NCBI GenBank assembly: GCA_039591655.1
Contig: JBDHDE010000044.1
Location: 1-23,708, forward strand
DNA: 23,708 nt
From: Gemmatimonadota bacterium
GTDB lineage: Bacteria; Gemmatimonadota; Gemmatimonadetes; Gemmatimonadales; GWC2-71-9
Direction of reading: 5' to 3'
Under the pieces are notes generated by a model. It was not told the DNA's origin, did no database searches, and was given only the letters and a program-made list of their open reading frames with translations. The position numbers and the translations under genes are program-made. Positions within the stretch are counted from its first letter, which is position 1. Each line of letters opens with the position of its first letter. This document shows, in pieces, positions 6,644-14,661 of this stretch.

Positions 6644-7260
6644 CGCTCGGCCTCCACTTCCTCGTACACGTAGGGCTCGCCGGGATGAGCTGGGGCGAAC
6701 AGGATCCCGCCGCCACTAGTGGCGAACCAGCCAGCCAGCATGTTGTTCGACACGTCCGGCGAGGGACTCTCGAACACGGCCGCCAGCCAGCGCCGCGCAT
6801 GGAGCAGTTCCGGGGCCCGCTTGGACAGCAGCGACAAGACGCCGCCCACGCCCTGTGTCGCCCGCAGGAAATGCGCGACGGCGTGCGCCCGCTGCACGAA
6901 CTCGAACGCCCGCACCCCGGGCTCGTCGTACAGGAGAGAGCCCTCGTACGGGTCGGCCGGCGGGGCATCGATCCGCGGCCCGAGGTAGAGAAACCGCCGC
7001 TTCCCATCCAGGTGCCGCTCCACCACCGCGGCGGCGTCCTCCCCGCTGAGGCGAGCCGCGTGGACCAGATCGGAGTCGTTCAGGACCCCAACGGCCAACG
7101 TCCACTCCAGCGCCGCGAGGGCGTTGTGGAGTGGGCAGCCCAGGTCGGGGTCGTAGGCTATGAGGCGTGGAGCCTCTCCCGCGCGCTCGAAGAAGTATCC
7201 GAGCGCCTCGCCCCTCCCCTGCCAGGTATGCGTCGATCTGGAAATGGCGGGCACCGTCAT
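6640..7260 (-). CDS. Hypothetical cytoplasmic protein (206 aa)
   Basis: ATG with GAGGA RBS, globular composition, and translational coupling to the 6074-6643 gene. Confidence 0.8.
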   Translation of the reverse strand: MTVPAISRSTHTWQGRGEALGYFFERAGEAPRLIAYDPDLGCPLHNALAALEWTLAVGVLNDSDLVHAARLSGEDAAAVVERHLDGKRRFLYLGPRIDAPPADPYEGSLLYDEPGVRAFEFVQRAHAVAHFLRATQGVGGVLSLLSKRAPELLHARRWLAAVFESPSPDVSNNMLAGWFATSGGGILFAPAHPGEPYVYEEVEAER

Positions 7261-7363
7261 GTCACGTTCCTCAAGATAACTCTACCCCTTCGCTCCCAAT
7301 AGGTGCTCCGCCTGGGAGCCCCGGGACCACGTGCGCCTCGCCCGTGCTGCGGCCGGTACGCGG

Positions 7364-7372
7364 TGTTAAACT
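7364..7372 (+). promoter_or_regulatory. Extended -10 promoter element
   Basis: TGTTAAACT (TGn-TAnnnT), ~48 nt upstream of ATG 7421. Confidence 0.45.
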
Positions 7373-7420
7373 CTGTCTCGGTCGCGGGGTACTCCACCGG
7401 TGACAGCCACGGGGACACAC

Positions 7421-8050
7421 ATGCGAGCGCTGATCGTCTTCTGCGCCATGATGCTGCTCTCTGCCGCCCACTGGTCGGGACAGGAGGAGGAGTCCCGCCT
7501 GTTGCGGCGCTGGGTCGGCACGCATTACAACCGGGCCATCCACCTGGACTTCTACGGAGATACCATGCTGCTGGTGAACGATCAGTTCGCCGCAGACTAC
7601 GTGATCATCCGCGACTCGCTGCTGGTGTTCGGCGACACCTCCTTTGCCATCTCCTATTGGTTCGCTCGGGACCGGCTCCTGCTCCAGACCGAGGAAGGGC
7701 GCATCATCACCATGTCCGAGCAGGACAAGCTGGCGCGGCCGCTGCACGCGGGGCGCTGGCGCGGGGGCGAGATCGGACAGCCCGATGACATGGAGCTGCT
7801 CATGTTGCGGGGCGGGATCGCCCGGTGGCGCACCATACCGGGAGGGGAGTGGGAGGACGGCGAATGGGACCGGTCTACCCGGATCATCACCTTCACGTGG
7901 TTCCCCGATACCGCCGCGGTGGAAGTGGAGGCGGAAGCGGACTCCATCCAGTGGGTGGCCCAGTACGACCCCGAGGGCTCCGCGCTGCTCTTCCCCGAGT
8001 CCATTCCCGAGAAGGGCACGGTCGTCCTGCGACGCGCACTTCGTTGGTAA
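7421..8050 (+). CDS. Hypothetical secreted beta-rich protein
   Basis: ATG after GGGGA. Signal peptide MRALIVFCAMMLLSAA; alternating beta-strand pattern with two L.x.W.G-like starts (LRRWVG, AGRWRG). Confidence 0.8.
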   Translation: MRALIVFCAMMLLSAAHWSGQEEESRLLRRWVGTHYNRAIHLDFYGDTMLLVNDQFAADYVIIRDSLLVFGDTSFAISYWFARDRLLLQTEEGRIITMSEQDKLARPLHAGRWRGGEIGQPDDMELLMLRGGIARWRTIPGGEWEDGEWDRSTRIITFTWFPDTAAVEVEAEADSIQWVAQYDPEGSALLFPESIPEKGTVVLRRALRW

Positions 8051-8070
8051 CCACCAGGCAGTGCAGGCGA

Positions 8071-8928
8071 CTAGATCACCGCTACCGGTGTCAGCACCTC
8101 CCGCTCGGCCTGAAATACGGCCTCGGCACGATCCAGCGCCTCCAGCACGCGCGGGGAGTCGAGCTCCGAGAACTTCGCGTTGGGCTCGAGCTGGCCGGTG
8201 AAGCGCCGCACCATCACCAGCGCGCGGGTGACCTCACAGTGGATCGGATGCTGGTGGGTATGGCCCGCAGTAAGGAGTCCCCGGAAGAACCCGAGGGTGT
8301 CGCGCTCGTCGAGCACGTAGAGCGACTCCAGGATGCGGGGGCTCAGGAACTCCCGGAGGTGGAGGTCGGTGCGGACGGCACCGAACAACTCCATCAGCCG
8401 AGCCGCGGGTTCCCGCTCCGGGTAGAAGCGCGCGGCTTCGGCGGCGGTCCCCACGAAAGCGTGGTGGGCGTCGGGCGTGAGGTAGCGCCTGAACAGCGAC
8501 CAGTCCGACTTGCGATGGCGTTTGGCTAGAGCCAGGAAGGCAAAGTAGCGCCGCGCCAACGGAGCCTCCTCGTCGGCCACCACCATCCGGAGGCCCGCTC
8601 GCCCGAACCGCTGGGCGACGAGCCCTGCTGCCGTGGCATGTTGGAGCCGCTCCAACTCCGGCAGCCGGAACGTGCGGATGTGCACCGAGGCGGGATCGGC
8701 CGCCGCTGCCAGCACCGGGAGCCGATCCAGCAGGCGCAACAGCAACCCATCGACCTCGTCCAGCGCCCTCTCCCACTGACGCACGTCCCTCTTCCAGGCT
8801 TGGCCAAGGGCCTCCCAGCCGAGGCGATCGACACCGGAGGCGAGCCACTGCTCCTCCAGCGCCTCGGGGGTACGTGCCTCGAGCAGCCGGCGCAGCTCTT
8901 CCGCGAAACAGTAGACCAGTTCAGGCAT
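8071..8928 (-). CDS. Hypothetical alpha-helical protein (285 aa, possibly HEAT/solenoid-like)
   Basis: ATG with AGGA upstream, Leu/Ala/Glu/Arg-rich helical sequence, and it fills the gap between neighbouring genes. Confidence 0.8.
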   Translation of the reverse strand: MPELVYCFAEELRRLLEARTPEALEEQWLASGVDRLGWEALGQAWKRDVRQWERALDEVDGLLLRLLDRLPVLAAAADPASVHIRTFRLPELERLQHATAAGLVAQRFGRAGLRMVVADEEAPLARRYFAFLALAKRHRKSDWSLFRRYLTPDAHHAFVGTAAEAARFYPEREPAARLMELFGAVRTDLHLREFLSPRILESLYVLDERDTLGFFRGLLTAGHTHQHPIHCEVTRALVMVRRFTGQLEPNAKFSELDSPRVLEALDRAEAVFQAEREVLTPVAVI

Positions 8929-8988
8929 AGGCTGTCCTATAATTTAGCCGTTGCGTCGCCGCCTCGGCGAGCTTAAGGTTTGGCCCAC

Positions 8989-10116
8989 ATGCATCTCCTC
9001 AAGCGGTTGCCGCTCTTGGCGATCGCCGGCGTGCTGTCCGGTGGATGCGGTGGGGGTGATGACCCTATCCCCATCGGTCTCGCCGGTCCGTTCGAGCAAC
9101 CCCGCGGCAGATCCATGGAGCAGGCCGCGCAACTCGCTGTCTCCGAGGTGAACGCCCGCGGGGGGATCGACGGCCGCCTCCTGCTCCTGGTTTTGCGGGA
9201 CGACAGCGCGTCGGCCGACGTGGCCGTCCGCGTCGCCCAGGAGCTATACGACACCCCCGGGCTGGTGGCGGTCATTGGACACCTCACCAGCGGGGCCACC
9301 ATCGCCGCGGCTCCGGTCTACAACGGCGGCTCCCGCCCCGTGCTCCAGATCTCCCCTTCGGCATCGAGCCCTGAGGTGAGCCGCGCCGGCTCGTACACCT
9401 TCCGGATCTGCCCCAGCGACTCGGTGCACGGCGAGCGCCTGGCCGATTGGGCCCTGAGCCAGCTGGGCGCGAGGCGGGCCGCTGTCATCTATCAGAACGA
9501 CGACTACGGCCGTGGTGTGCGGCGCACGTTCTCGCGGAGCTTCACGACCATGGGAGGCGAGGTGGTGACCGAGGATCCCTACGTCGCCTCGCTCCCCACG
9601 TTCGAGCCCTATCTCCGCCGCCTCCGAGCCCGGGGAGGGGCGGACGTCGTGATGATCGCCGGAACCCGTGCGGGCGCCGAGCGCATCGTCGCCACAATGG
9701 ACTCCCTCGGCATCACCTACCCGGTGCTCGGGGGCGACGGGCTGGCCGGCATCGAGAACTCCGATATCGACGCCGAGGGAACCTTCATCTCGGCCGCGTA
9801 CCTGCCGGACCGCCCCGGGGCGCAGAACCAAGCGTTCGTCGCAGCGTACCGGGAGGCCTACGGTGAGGGACAACTCCCGGACCACAGGGGCGCCGGCGCG
9901 TACGATGTCGTTCACCTCCTGGCCCGCGCCCTCGAAGCCGTGGGCACCGATCGAGAAGCCCTCAGGGACTACATCGCCGGGGTCGGACGCGAGACACGCT
10001 CTCACCTCGGCGTCACGGGCTCGATCGCGTTCGACGAGAGCGGCGACGTCCCGGAGAAGCACGTGATGGTGGGCGTCGTGCGCGACGGCCGCCTGGTCAC
10101 GGCCACCCGCCGATGA
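8989..10116 (+). CDS. LivJ/LivK-type (branched-chain amino acid family) periplasmic binding lipoprotein
   Basis: Lipobox [67 protein letters not shown] at 8938-8943 upstream. Confidence 0.93.
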   Translation: MHLLKRLPLLAIAGVLSGGCGGGDDPIPIGLAGPFEQPRGRSMEQAAQLAVSEVNARGGIDGRLLLLVLRDDSASADVAVRVAQELYDTPGLVAVIGHLTSGATIAAAPVYNGGSRPVLQISPSASSPEVSRAGSYTFRICPSDSVHGERLADWALSQLGARRAAVIYQNDDYGRGVRRTFSRSFTTMGGEVVTEDPYVASLPTFEPYLRRLRARGGADVVMIAGTRAGAERIVATMDSLGITYPVLGGDGLAGIENSDIDAEGTFISAAYLPDRPGAQNQAFVAAYREAYGEGQLPDHRGAGAYDVVHLLARALEAVGTDREALRDYIAGVGRETRSHLGVTGSIAFDESGDVPEKHVMVGVVRDGRLVTATRR

Positions 10117-11816
10117 GGCTTTCCCGCCGCCTCAACACGATCAAGGCGCGCATTGCCGTCAGCCTGGGTGCACTCGTGGCCGGCATCCTGGTGATCGCCC
10201 TGTTGGGGGTGGCGGCACTGCGCACCTTGGGCGAGACGGTAACCCGGGAGCTCAACGACCTCTCGCGCGTATCGGAGATCAGTAATGCGCTGGTCGTGAC
10301 CCTGTTCGACGCGCTCCGCACGGGAGAGCAGTACCTCACCGACCGCTCGCCCACGACGCGCACCGCCTTCCGCATCGCCGGGGAGAGGGCCTACGAGCTG
10401 CAGACCCAGCTTCAGGGTCTCCCGGACCTCAACCAGTCCGAGCGGCTCATGATCACCGGGATCGCGGAGCTCCAATCGCAGGTCGAGGTCTGGTACAGCC
10501 TGGCCCACGCCCAGGTCGATCTCGGGCGACGCAGCGCAGCGGAGCAAGCGGCGTTCGAGGTGCGGACACCCTCGTTCGAGCTGCTGCGAACGGTCCAGGA
10601 CTTCTCCGCGCTGCAGCGCAATCGCGCCGGTGCCATTGCCCGCTCGCTGCAGCGCACCAGCGAGGAGCGCCGCTTGCTGGTCTGGACAGTGCTCGCAGCA
10701 TCGATACTGCTGGGCGCCGTGATCGGCATAGGAACGCTCCGTGCCGTCGAGCGCCCCCTGGTCCGTCTCGAGGCCGTCGCACGCCGCTTTGCCGACGGCG
10801 ACCTGCGCCCGGTGGGGGTGGGGAAGATGCCCGACGAGCTGGCCTCGCTCTCCGAGGCCATGGGCCGCGTCAGCGTAAAGCTGCGCGACCTGGTGGCGAA
10901 CGTGGTCTGGGAGGGCGAGCGCATCGCCGGCACCGCCGAAGACTTCTCCGCCATCAGCGAGCAGCTGGCCGCCTCAGCGGGGCAGATCTCCACCGCCATG
11001 ATCGACGTGTCCAGCGGCGCCGGACAGCAGGTCGCGGGGCTGGAGGAGAGCACCAGCGCCGTGGATCGCCTGCGGGAAGCCACCGAGCGCAGCGGTCGGA
11101 TGGCCGAGCGGGTGGCGACCCTGGGCGACGAGATCCACACGCTCGCCGAACGGTACCAGCAGGACGTCTCGGCCTCGGCAGCTGCGTTACTCGAGCTCGG
11201 CGACGTGGTGCAGCAAACCGCCGGCCAAGTGGAGGAGCTCGACCGGCTGTCGGAGGCAATCTACGACTTCGTCGAGTTGATCAAGCAGATCTCCTCACAG
11301 ACGAACCTGCTGGCCCTGAACGCCGCGATCGAGGCGGCGCGGGCCGGCGAGCGGGGCATCGGCTTCGCGGTGGTAGCCGACGAGGTGCGTCAGCTTGCCG
11401 ACTCGAGCGCGGCCGCGGCTGAGGAGGTCACCCAAACGCTGAGTGCCGTCCGGAATCAGGTCTCGGAGGTCTCCTCCACGATGATCGCGGGGCGCGGCAA
11501 GGTGCGCGGCATAGAGAACATCGCCCAAGGGGCGGCCAAGGCGCTGCAGGAGATTGCCCGGGCCATCGAGGAGGTTGAGATGGGGGCCCGGCGCGTGCGG
11601 GAGGAGGCAACCACGAATCTGGAGGCGGCGGAGCGGATCAAGGACGAGATTCGCAGGGCATCAGATGCCGCAAACGCTCATGCCTCGACGAGCGAGGAGG
11701 TGGCGGCCGCCGCTCAGCAGCAGGGTGCGTCCACCCAAGAAATGGCCGCCCAGGCCACCCAGCTCAATGAGGCGGCCGAGCGGCTCCGCACGCTCGTCCA
11801 GGGGTTCCGCGTCTAG
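10113..11816 (+). CDS. Methyl-accepting chemotaxis protein (2 TM, helical periplasmic domain, HAMP, MA domain)
   Basis: [37 protein letters not shown] hairpin-tip signature; ATGA overlap with the upstream gene. Confidence 0.96.
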   Translation: MRLSRRLNTIKARIAVSLGALVAGILVIALLGVAALRTLGETVTRELNDLSRVSEISNALVVTLFDALRTGEQYLTDRSPTTRTAFRIAGERAYELQTQLQGLPDLNQSERLMITGIAELQSQVEVWYSLAHAQVDLGRRSAAEQAAFEVRTPSFELLRTVQDFSALQRNRAGAIARSLQRTSEERRLLVWTVLAASILLGAVIGIGTLRAVERPLVRLEAVARRFADGDLRPVGVGKMPDELASLSEAMGRVSVKLRDLVANVVWEGERIAGTAEDFSAISEQLAASAGQISTAMIDVSSGAGQQVAGLEESTSAVDRLREATERSGRMAERVATLGDEIHTLAERYQQDVSASAAALLELGDVVQQTAGQVEELDRLSEAIYDFVELIKQISSQTNLLALNAAIEAARAGERGIGFAVVADEVRQLADSSAAAAEEVTQTLSAVRNQVSEVSSTMIAGRGKVRGIENIAQGAAKALQEIARAIEEVEMGARRVREEATTNLEAAERIKDEIRRASDAANAHASTSEEVAAAAQQQGASTQEMAAQATQLNEAAERLRTLVQGFRV

Positions 11817-11823
11817 CGCCGCG

Positions 11824-12210
11824 TCAGCGCTTCTTTCCCTTCTTCTTCTTTGCGGCCTTCGGCCTCGACGCCTTCTTCGGGGCGTGCTTGGCCTTCTTCC
11901 TCGCGACCTTCTTGGTCTTGGCCGTCCTGGCCGGCTGCTTCGCCCCGGCCTTGACCCGCCCCCTGCGCTTGCGGGCCACGGCGGTCACATCCACCAGCAG
12001 CTCCTCGCTCTCGTCCACGCTGATCAGGCCGCGGCGCACGGCGTACTGGATCAGCTCCTTGGCCGCATCGAGCCGAAACGGCTCGAAGCCGGCGCCGGCA
12101 CGGATCATCTGCACCAGCGCGTCGGCCACCGGGCTGCGGAGCACGCTCCGGATACCCGGTACCGATTCGAGGAGGGCTGAGATTTGCGACCCGCCGAGCT
12201 CGCGCGCCAT
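11824..12210 (-). CDS. Small protein with a histone H1-like Lys/Ala/Pro-rich C-terminal tail (128 aa)
   Basis: ATG 12210 with AGGAG RBS; helical N-domain followed by KAGAKQPARTAKTKKVARKKAKHAPKKASRPKAAKKKKGKKR. Confidence 0.85.
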   Translation of the reverse strand: MARELGGSQISALLESVPGIRSVLRSPVADALVQMIRAGAGFEPFRLDAAKELIQYAVRRGLISVDESEELLVDVTAVARKRRGRVKAGAKQPARTAKTKKVARKKAKHAPKKASRPKAAKKKKGKKR

Positions 12211-12241
12211 CGGGGCTCCTACACCACGTAAGTTCGGCGCC

Positions 12242-12270
12242 AAGCTAGTCGGTGGTAGGGCGTGCGTCAA
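12242..12270 (-). promoter_or_regulatory. sigma70 promoter of the H1-like-tail gene
   Basis: TTGACG-N17-TAGCTT. Confidence 0.75.
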
Positions 12271-12285
12271 GCGGGGGCGTGACCG

Positions 12286-12327
12286 AAAAAGAGCACCCAA
12301 GTCGCTGACGTTCAATGACTTGGGTGC
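12286..12327 (-). terminator. Inverted repeat / probable terminator after the 12353-12631 gene
   Basis: 11-bp perfect arms GCACCCAAGTC/GACTTGGGTGC followed by TCTTTTT on the minus strand. Confidence 0.6.
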
Positions 12328-12352
12328 CGACGACTCGACGAGGGTCGAGCCG

Positions 12353-12631
12353 CTATGTCTTGGACTTGTGGGCCGGGTTCGGACGCTTGGGCCGGTTGAA
12401 CGGCTGCGGGGCGCGACGGAGAACCCGCCAATCCGACTGGGCCAGGAGCTCACCCAGGACGGCGCGGGTGCGCTCGTCGATGGGCATCTCCAGTTCCATC
12501 ACTAGCCGATAGTCGGCGCGGTCGCTGCCCCGTCCCGTCAAGATGAAGCCCGTGCGCGCCGGCTGAACGGCGTCAATCTCCACCTCCGCCACGTTCACGA
12601 ACCCGTCATCGACCTTATCGGCGGGAGACAT
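12353..12631 (-). CDS. Small hypothetical protein (92 aa)
   Basis: ATG 12631 with GGAG RBS and promoter TTGACG-N17-CACACT upstream. The longer 12949 start in the track would overlap the divergent gene. Confidence 0.75.
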   Translation of the reverse strand: MSPADKVDDGFVNVAEVEIDAVQPARTGFILTGRGSDRADYRLVMELEMPIDERTRAVLGELLAQSDWRVLRRAPQPFNRPKRPNPAHKSKT

Positions 12632-12661
12632 CGGACGCTCCGGTTCAAAGCCTCTGGCTGC

Positions 12662-12734
12662 AGTGTGAGCCCTAAATGCCTGTCCGTCAAGCCCATGGGC
12701 GGCGTTTGCCAGAGGCACCGGGCGCGGATACATT
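12662..12734. promoter_or_regulatory. Back-to-back divergent sigma70 promoters
   Basis: Minus: TTGACG(12690-12685)-N17-CACACT. Plus: TTGCCA(12706-12711)-N17-TACATT(12729-12734). Confidence 0.65.
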
Positions 12735-12764
12735 TCCTGCCCTAGCTTGACGGGAGTGGATGCT

Positions 12765-13022
12765 GTGGGACGCCGAGGGATCAAGGAATACCGAGCCGCG
12801 GAGGCGCTGCAGCTCATTCTGGCTGACCGCGACCGTGAGCCTCTTGCCTGTCCTTCCTGCGGAAACAGGGGGATCGATCGCACACCCAGGCGACGCTTGC
12901 CGAGAACCAAGTGGCAGACGCACCGCCAGGTCACGTTGAAGTGCGCCAAGTGCGGCCGACAGGCCGTCTACGTGCCCCGCAACGTTACCCAGCCTTCGGA
13001 CAAGCAGCTCATCGGCACGTAA
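12765..13022 (+). CDS. Small zinc-ribbon protein
   Basis: CPSCG...CAKCG pair. GTG 12765 lies 8 nt after GGAG (alternative starts 12747/12756), and the gene has its own promoter. Confidence 0.7.
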   Translation: MGRRGIKEYRAAEALQLILADRDREPLACPSCGNRGIDRTPRRRLPRTKWQTHRQVTLKCAKCGRQAVYVPRNVTQPSDKQLIGT

Positions 13023-13057
13023 AGGGCACGCCACACATGACCGGGGAGCCCCGGGGT

Positions 13058-13531
13058 CTAATCCCCCGGTCCTCCCGCCGTGCGAGCCACCACGGGAAGG
13101 GTCCACCGCTCGAATAGTGTGGTGAGGCCCACCTGGGCCTCCGCCGTGCAGCCCGCCTTGCGCGCAGCCTCGAGGTGCGGCTCGACCTGACCCACCTCCC
13201 CCACGCGCAGCTTCAGCAGATAGCCGGTTTCCCCTGTCACACGATGGCACTCCAGGATCTCGCCGGCGGCGTCCCACGCCTTGACAAGCCGCTCCACGTT
13301 GGATCGAGGGCCCGGTTGGATCCTGAGGAAGGCGATGACGCCGCGCCCCACCTCCTGCGGCGCCAACCGGGCGTGGTAGCCGGTGATCGCGCCGCCGGAC
13401 TCAAGCTTGCGCACTCGCTGGTACGCCGCCGGGGCGCTCAGCCCAACCGCGTCCCCCAGCTCCTCATACGTGAGGCGGGTATCGCGCTGCAGCAGTGCGA
13501 GGAGATGACGATCGGTGCGGTCGAGTTCCAT
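13058..13531 (-). CDS. Lrp/AsnC family transcriptional regulator
   Basis: LDRTDRHLLALLQRDTRLTYEELGDAVGLSAPAAYQRVRKLESGGAITGY (HTH) and ECHRVTGETGYLLK (RAM domain). Confidence 0.95.
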   Translation of the reverse strand: MELDRTDRHLLALLQRDTRLTYEELGDAVGLSAPAAYQRVRKLESGGAITGYHARLAPQEVGRGVIAFLRIQPGPRSNVERLVKAWDAAGEILECHRVTGETGYLLKLRVGEVGQVEPHLEAARKAGCTAEAQVGLTTLFERWTLPVVARTAGGPGD

Positions 13532-13593
13532 GATCGGCTCGGCTGCGGGGCCCGGGAGGGTGCGTCAGGCCCGGGCGCGGTGAGTGGATTGGC

Positions 13594-13670
13594 TTACTAA
13601 ATTTTGTTTTGTACGGTATATACCATATAATCCTTTGTCAATATGCCTGCGGAGACAATATCATTTTGCA
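13594..13670. promoter_or_regulatory. AT-rich control region: lrp promoter plus an overlapping divergent promoter
   Basis: Minus TTGACA(13641-13636)-N17-TACCGT; plus TTGTTT(13604-13609)-N16-TATAAT(13626-13631); palindromes GGTATATACC and CAATATCATTTTG. Confidence 0.65.
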
Positions 13671-13803
13671 GTTCCTCACTTCTCCCGGCGCGTTCCGGTT
13701 CCCCTTTCCCACTTCGCCGCCGTTGCCGGTTCCCGGGAGGTCTTCCCGCTCCCCATGCACCGTCCTCCCCGTTTCCCCCTTTCCCCTCTTCCCAAATGCA
13801 AGA

Positions 13804-13833
13804 CGCCCGGCGGGAGTTCTCTCCCGCCGGGCG
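13804..13833 (-). terminator. Strong hairpin downstream of lepB
   Basis: 13-bp perfect stem CGCCCGGCGGGAG/CTCCCGCCGGGCG with a 4-nt loop, then TCTTGCATTT on the minus strand. A second 8-bp hairpin lies at 13850-13870. Confidence 0.7.
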
Positions 13834-13883
13834 CATGACTCGCCCCGCAGCCCCGGCTGCTGGCCGGGGCGGGGGTCAGGGAC

Positions 13884-14639
13884 TCATCTTGGTGCCGAGA
13901 AGATCCGGTTCCAGCGCACGTTGAGGTACGGGACCGGCATCAGCCCGGACCTGTCGAAGCTGTAGTAGATGAACAGCGGCCGTCCGGCAATGCGATCGCG
14001 CCCCAGGAACCCCCAATAGCGGCTGTCATACGAGTTGTCGCGGTTGTCGCCCATGACGAAGAACGAGTCGGGCGGTATCACGATGGGGCCCCAGTTCTTC
14101 AGCGTCGGGCGGTAGCCACGCAGGTTGCCGTCCACCAGATAACGGCTCTGCCACACCCGCATCCGCGGGTCTTCCGGATCGGCGCCGGGGTCGCCGGCCA
14201 ACGCGTGAGGCTCATCCAGCGCCACGCCGTTCAGGTGCAGGACGTTCGCGCTCATCGAGAGCGTGTCGCCGGGCATGCCCACCACCCGCTTGACCACGTT
14301 CACGCCCGGCTGCTCCGGCGACTCGAAGATCACGATGTCGAATCGCTCGGGCTCGCGGAACGCCGGGAGCCGCGTCTTCACGATGGGGATCTCCGCCCCG
14401 TACAGCGCCTTGTTGACGAACAGGAAGTCGCCGACCAGCAGGGTGCCCTCCATGCTGCCGGACGGGATCCGGAATGCCTCGATCAGCAGCGCCCGCAGGA
14501 AGAACCAGATCACCAGGGCAATGGCGATGGACTTGATCCATTCCTTGGCAGACTGCGCCGCCGACTTCCTCGGGGGAGGCGGAGTCGTCTTCAGCTCGTC
14601 CCGCTTCGCCTTCTCCTGCTTCTGCTTCTTCTCGCTCAC
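13884..14639 (-). CDS. lepB: Signal peptidase I
   Basis: IPSGSMEGTL (catalytic Ser), VKRVVGMPGD (catalytic Lys), GDNRDNSYDSRYWG; one N-terminal TM helix. Confidence 0.97.
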   Translation of the reverse strand: MSEKKQKQEKAKRDELKTTPPPPRKSAAQSAKEWIKSIAIALVIWFFLRALLIEAFRIPSGSMEGTLLVGDFLFVNKALYGAEIPIVKTRLPAFREPERFDIVIFESPEQPGVNVVKRVVGMPGDTLSMSANVLHLNGVALDEPHALAGDPGADPEDPRMRVWQSRYLVDGNLRGYRPTLKNWGPIVIPPDSFFVMGDNRDNSYDSRYWGFLGRDRIAGRPLFIYYSFDRSGLMPVPYLNVRWNRIFSAPR

Positions 14640-14661
14640 TCCGATCGATCCTCCAACTGAG

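Noticed and set aside
13615..13642. dif (XerCD) site in the AT-rich island
   Set aside because: The XerD-like half (CTTTGTCAATA) is a poor match and the XerC half lacks ATAA. It is better explained as promoters.
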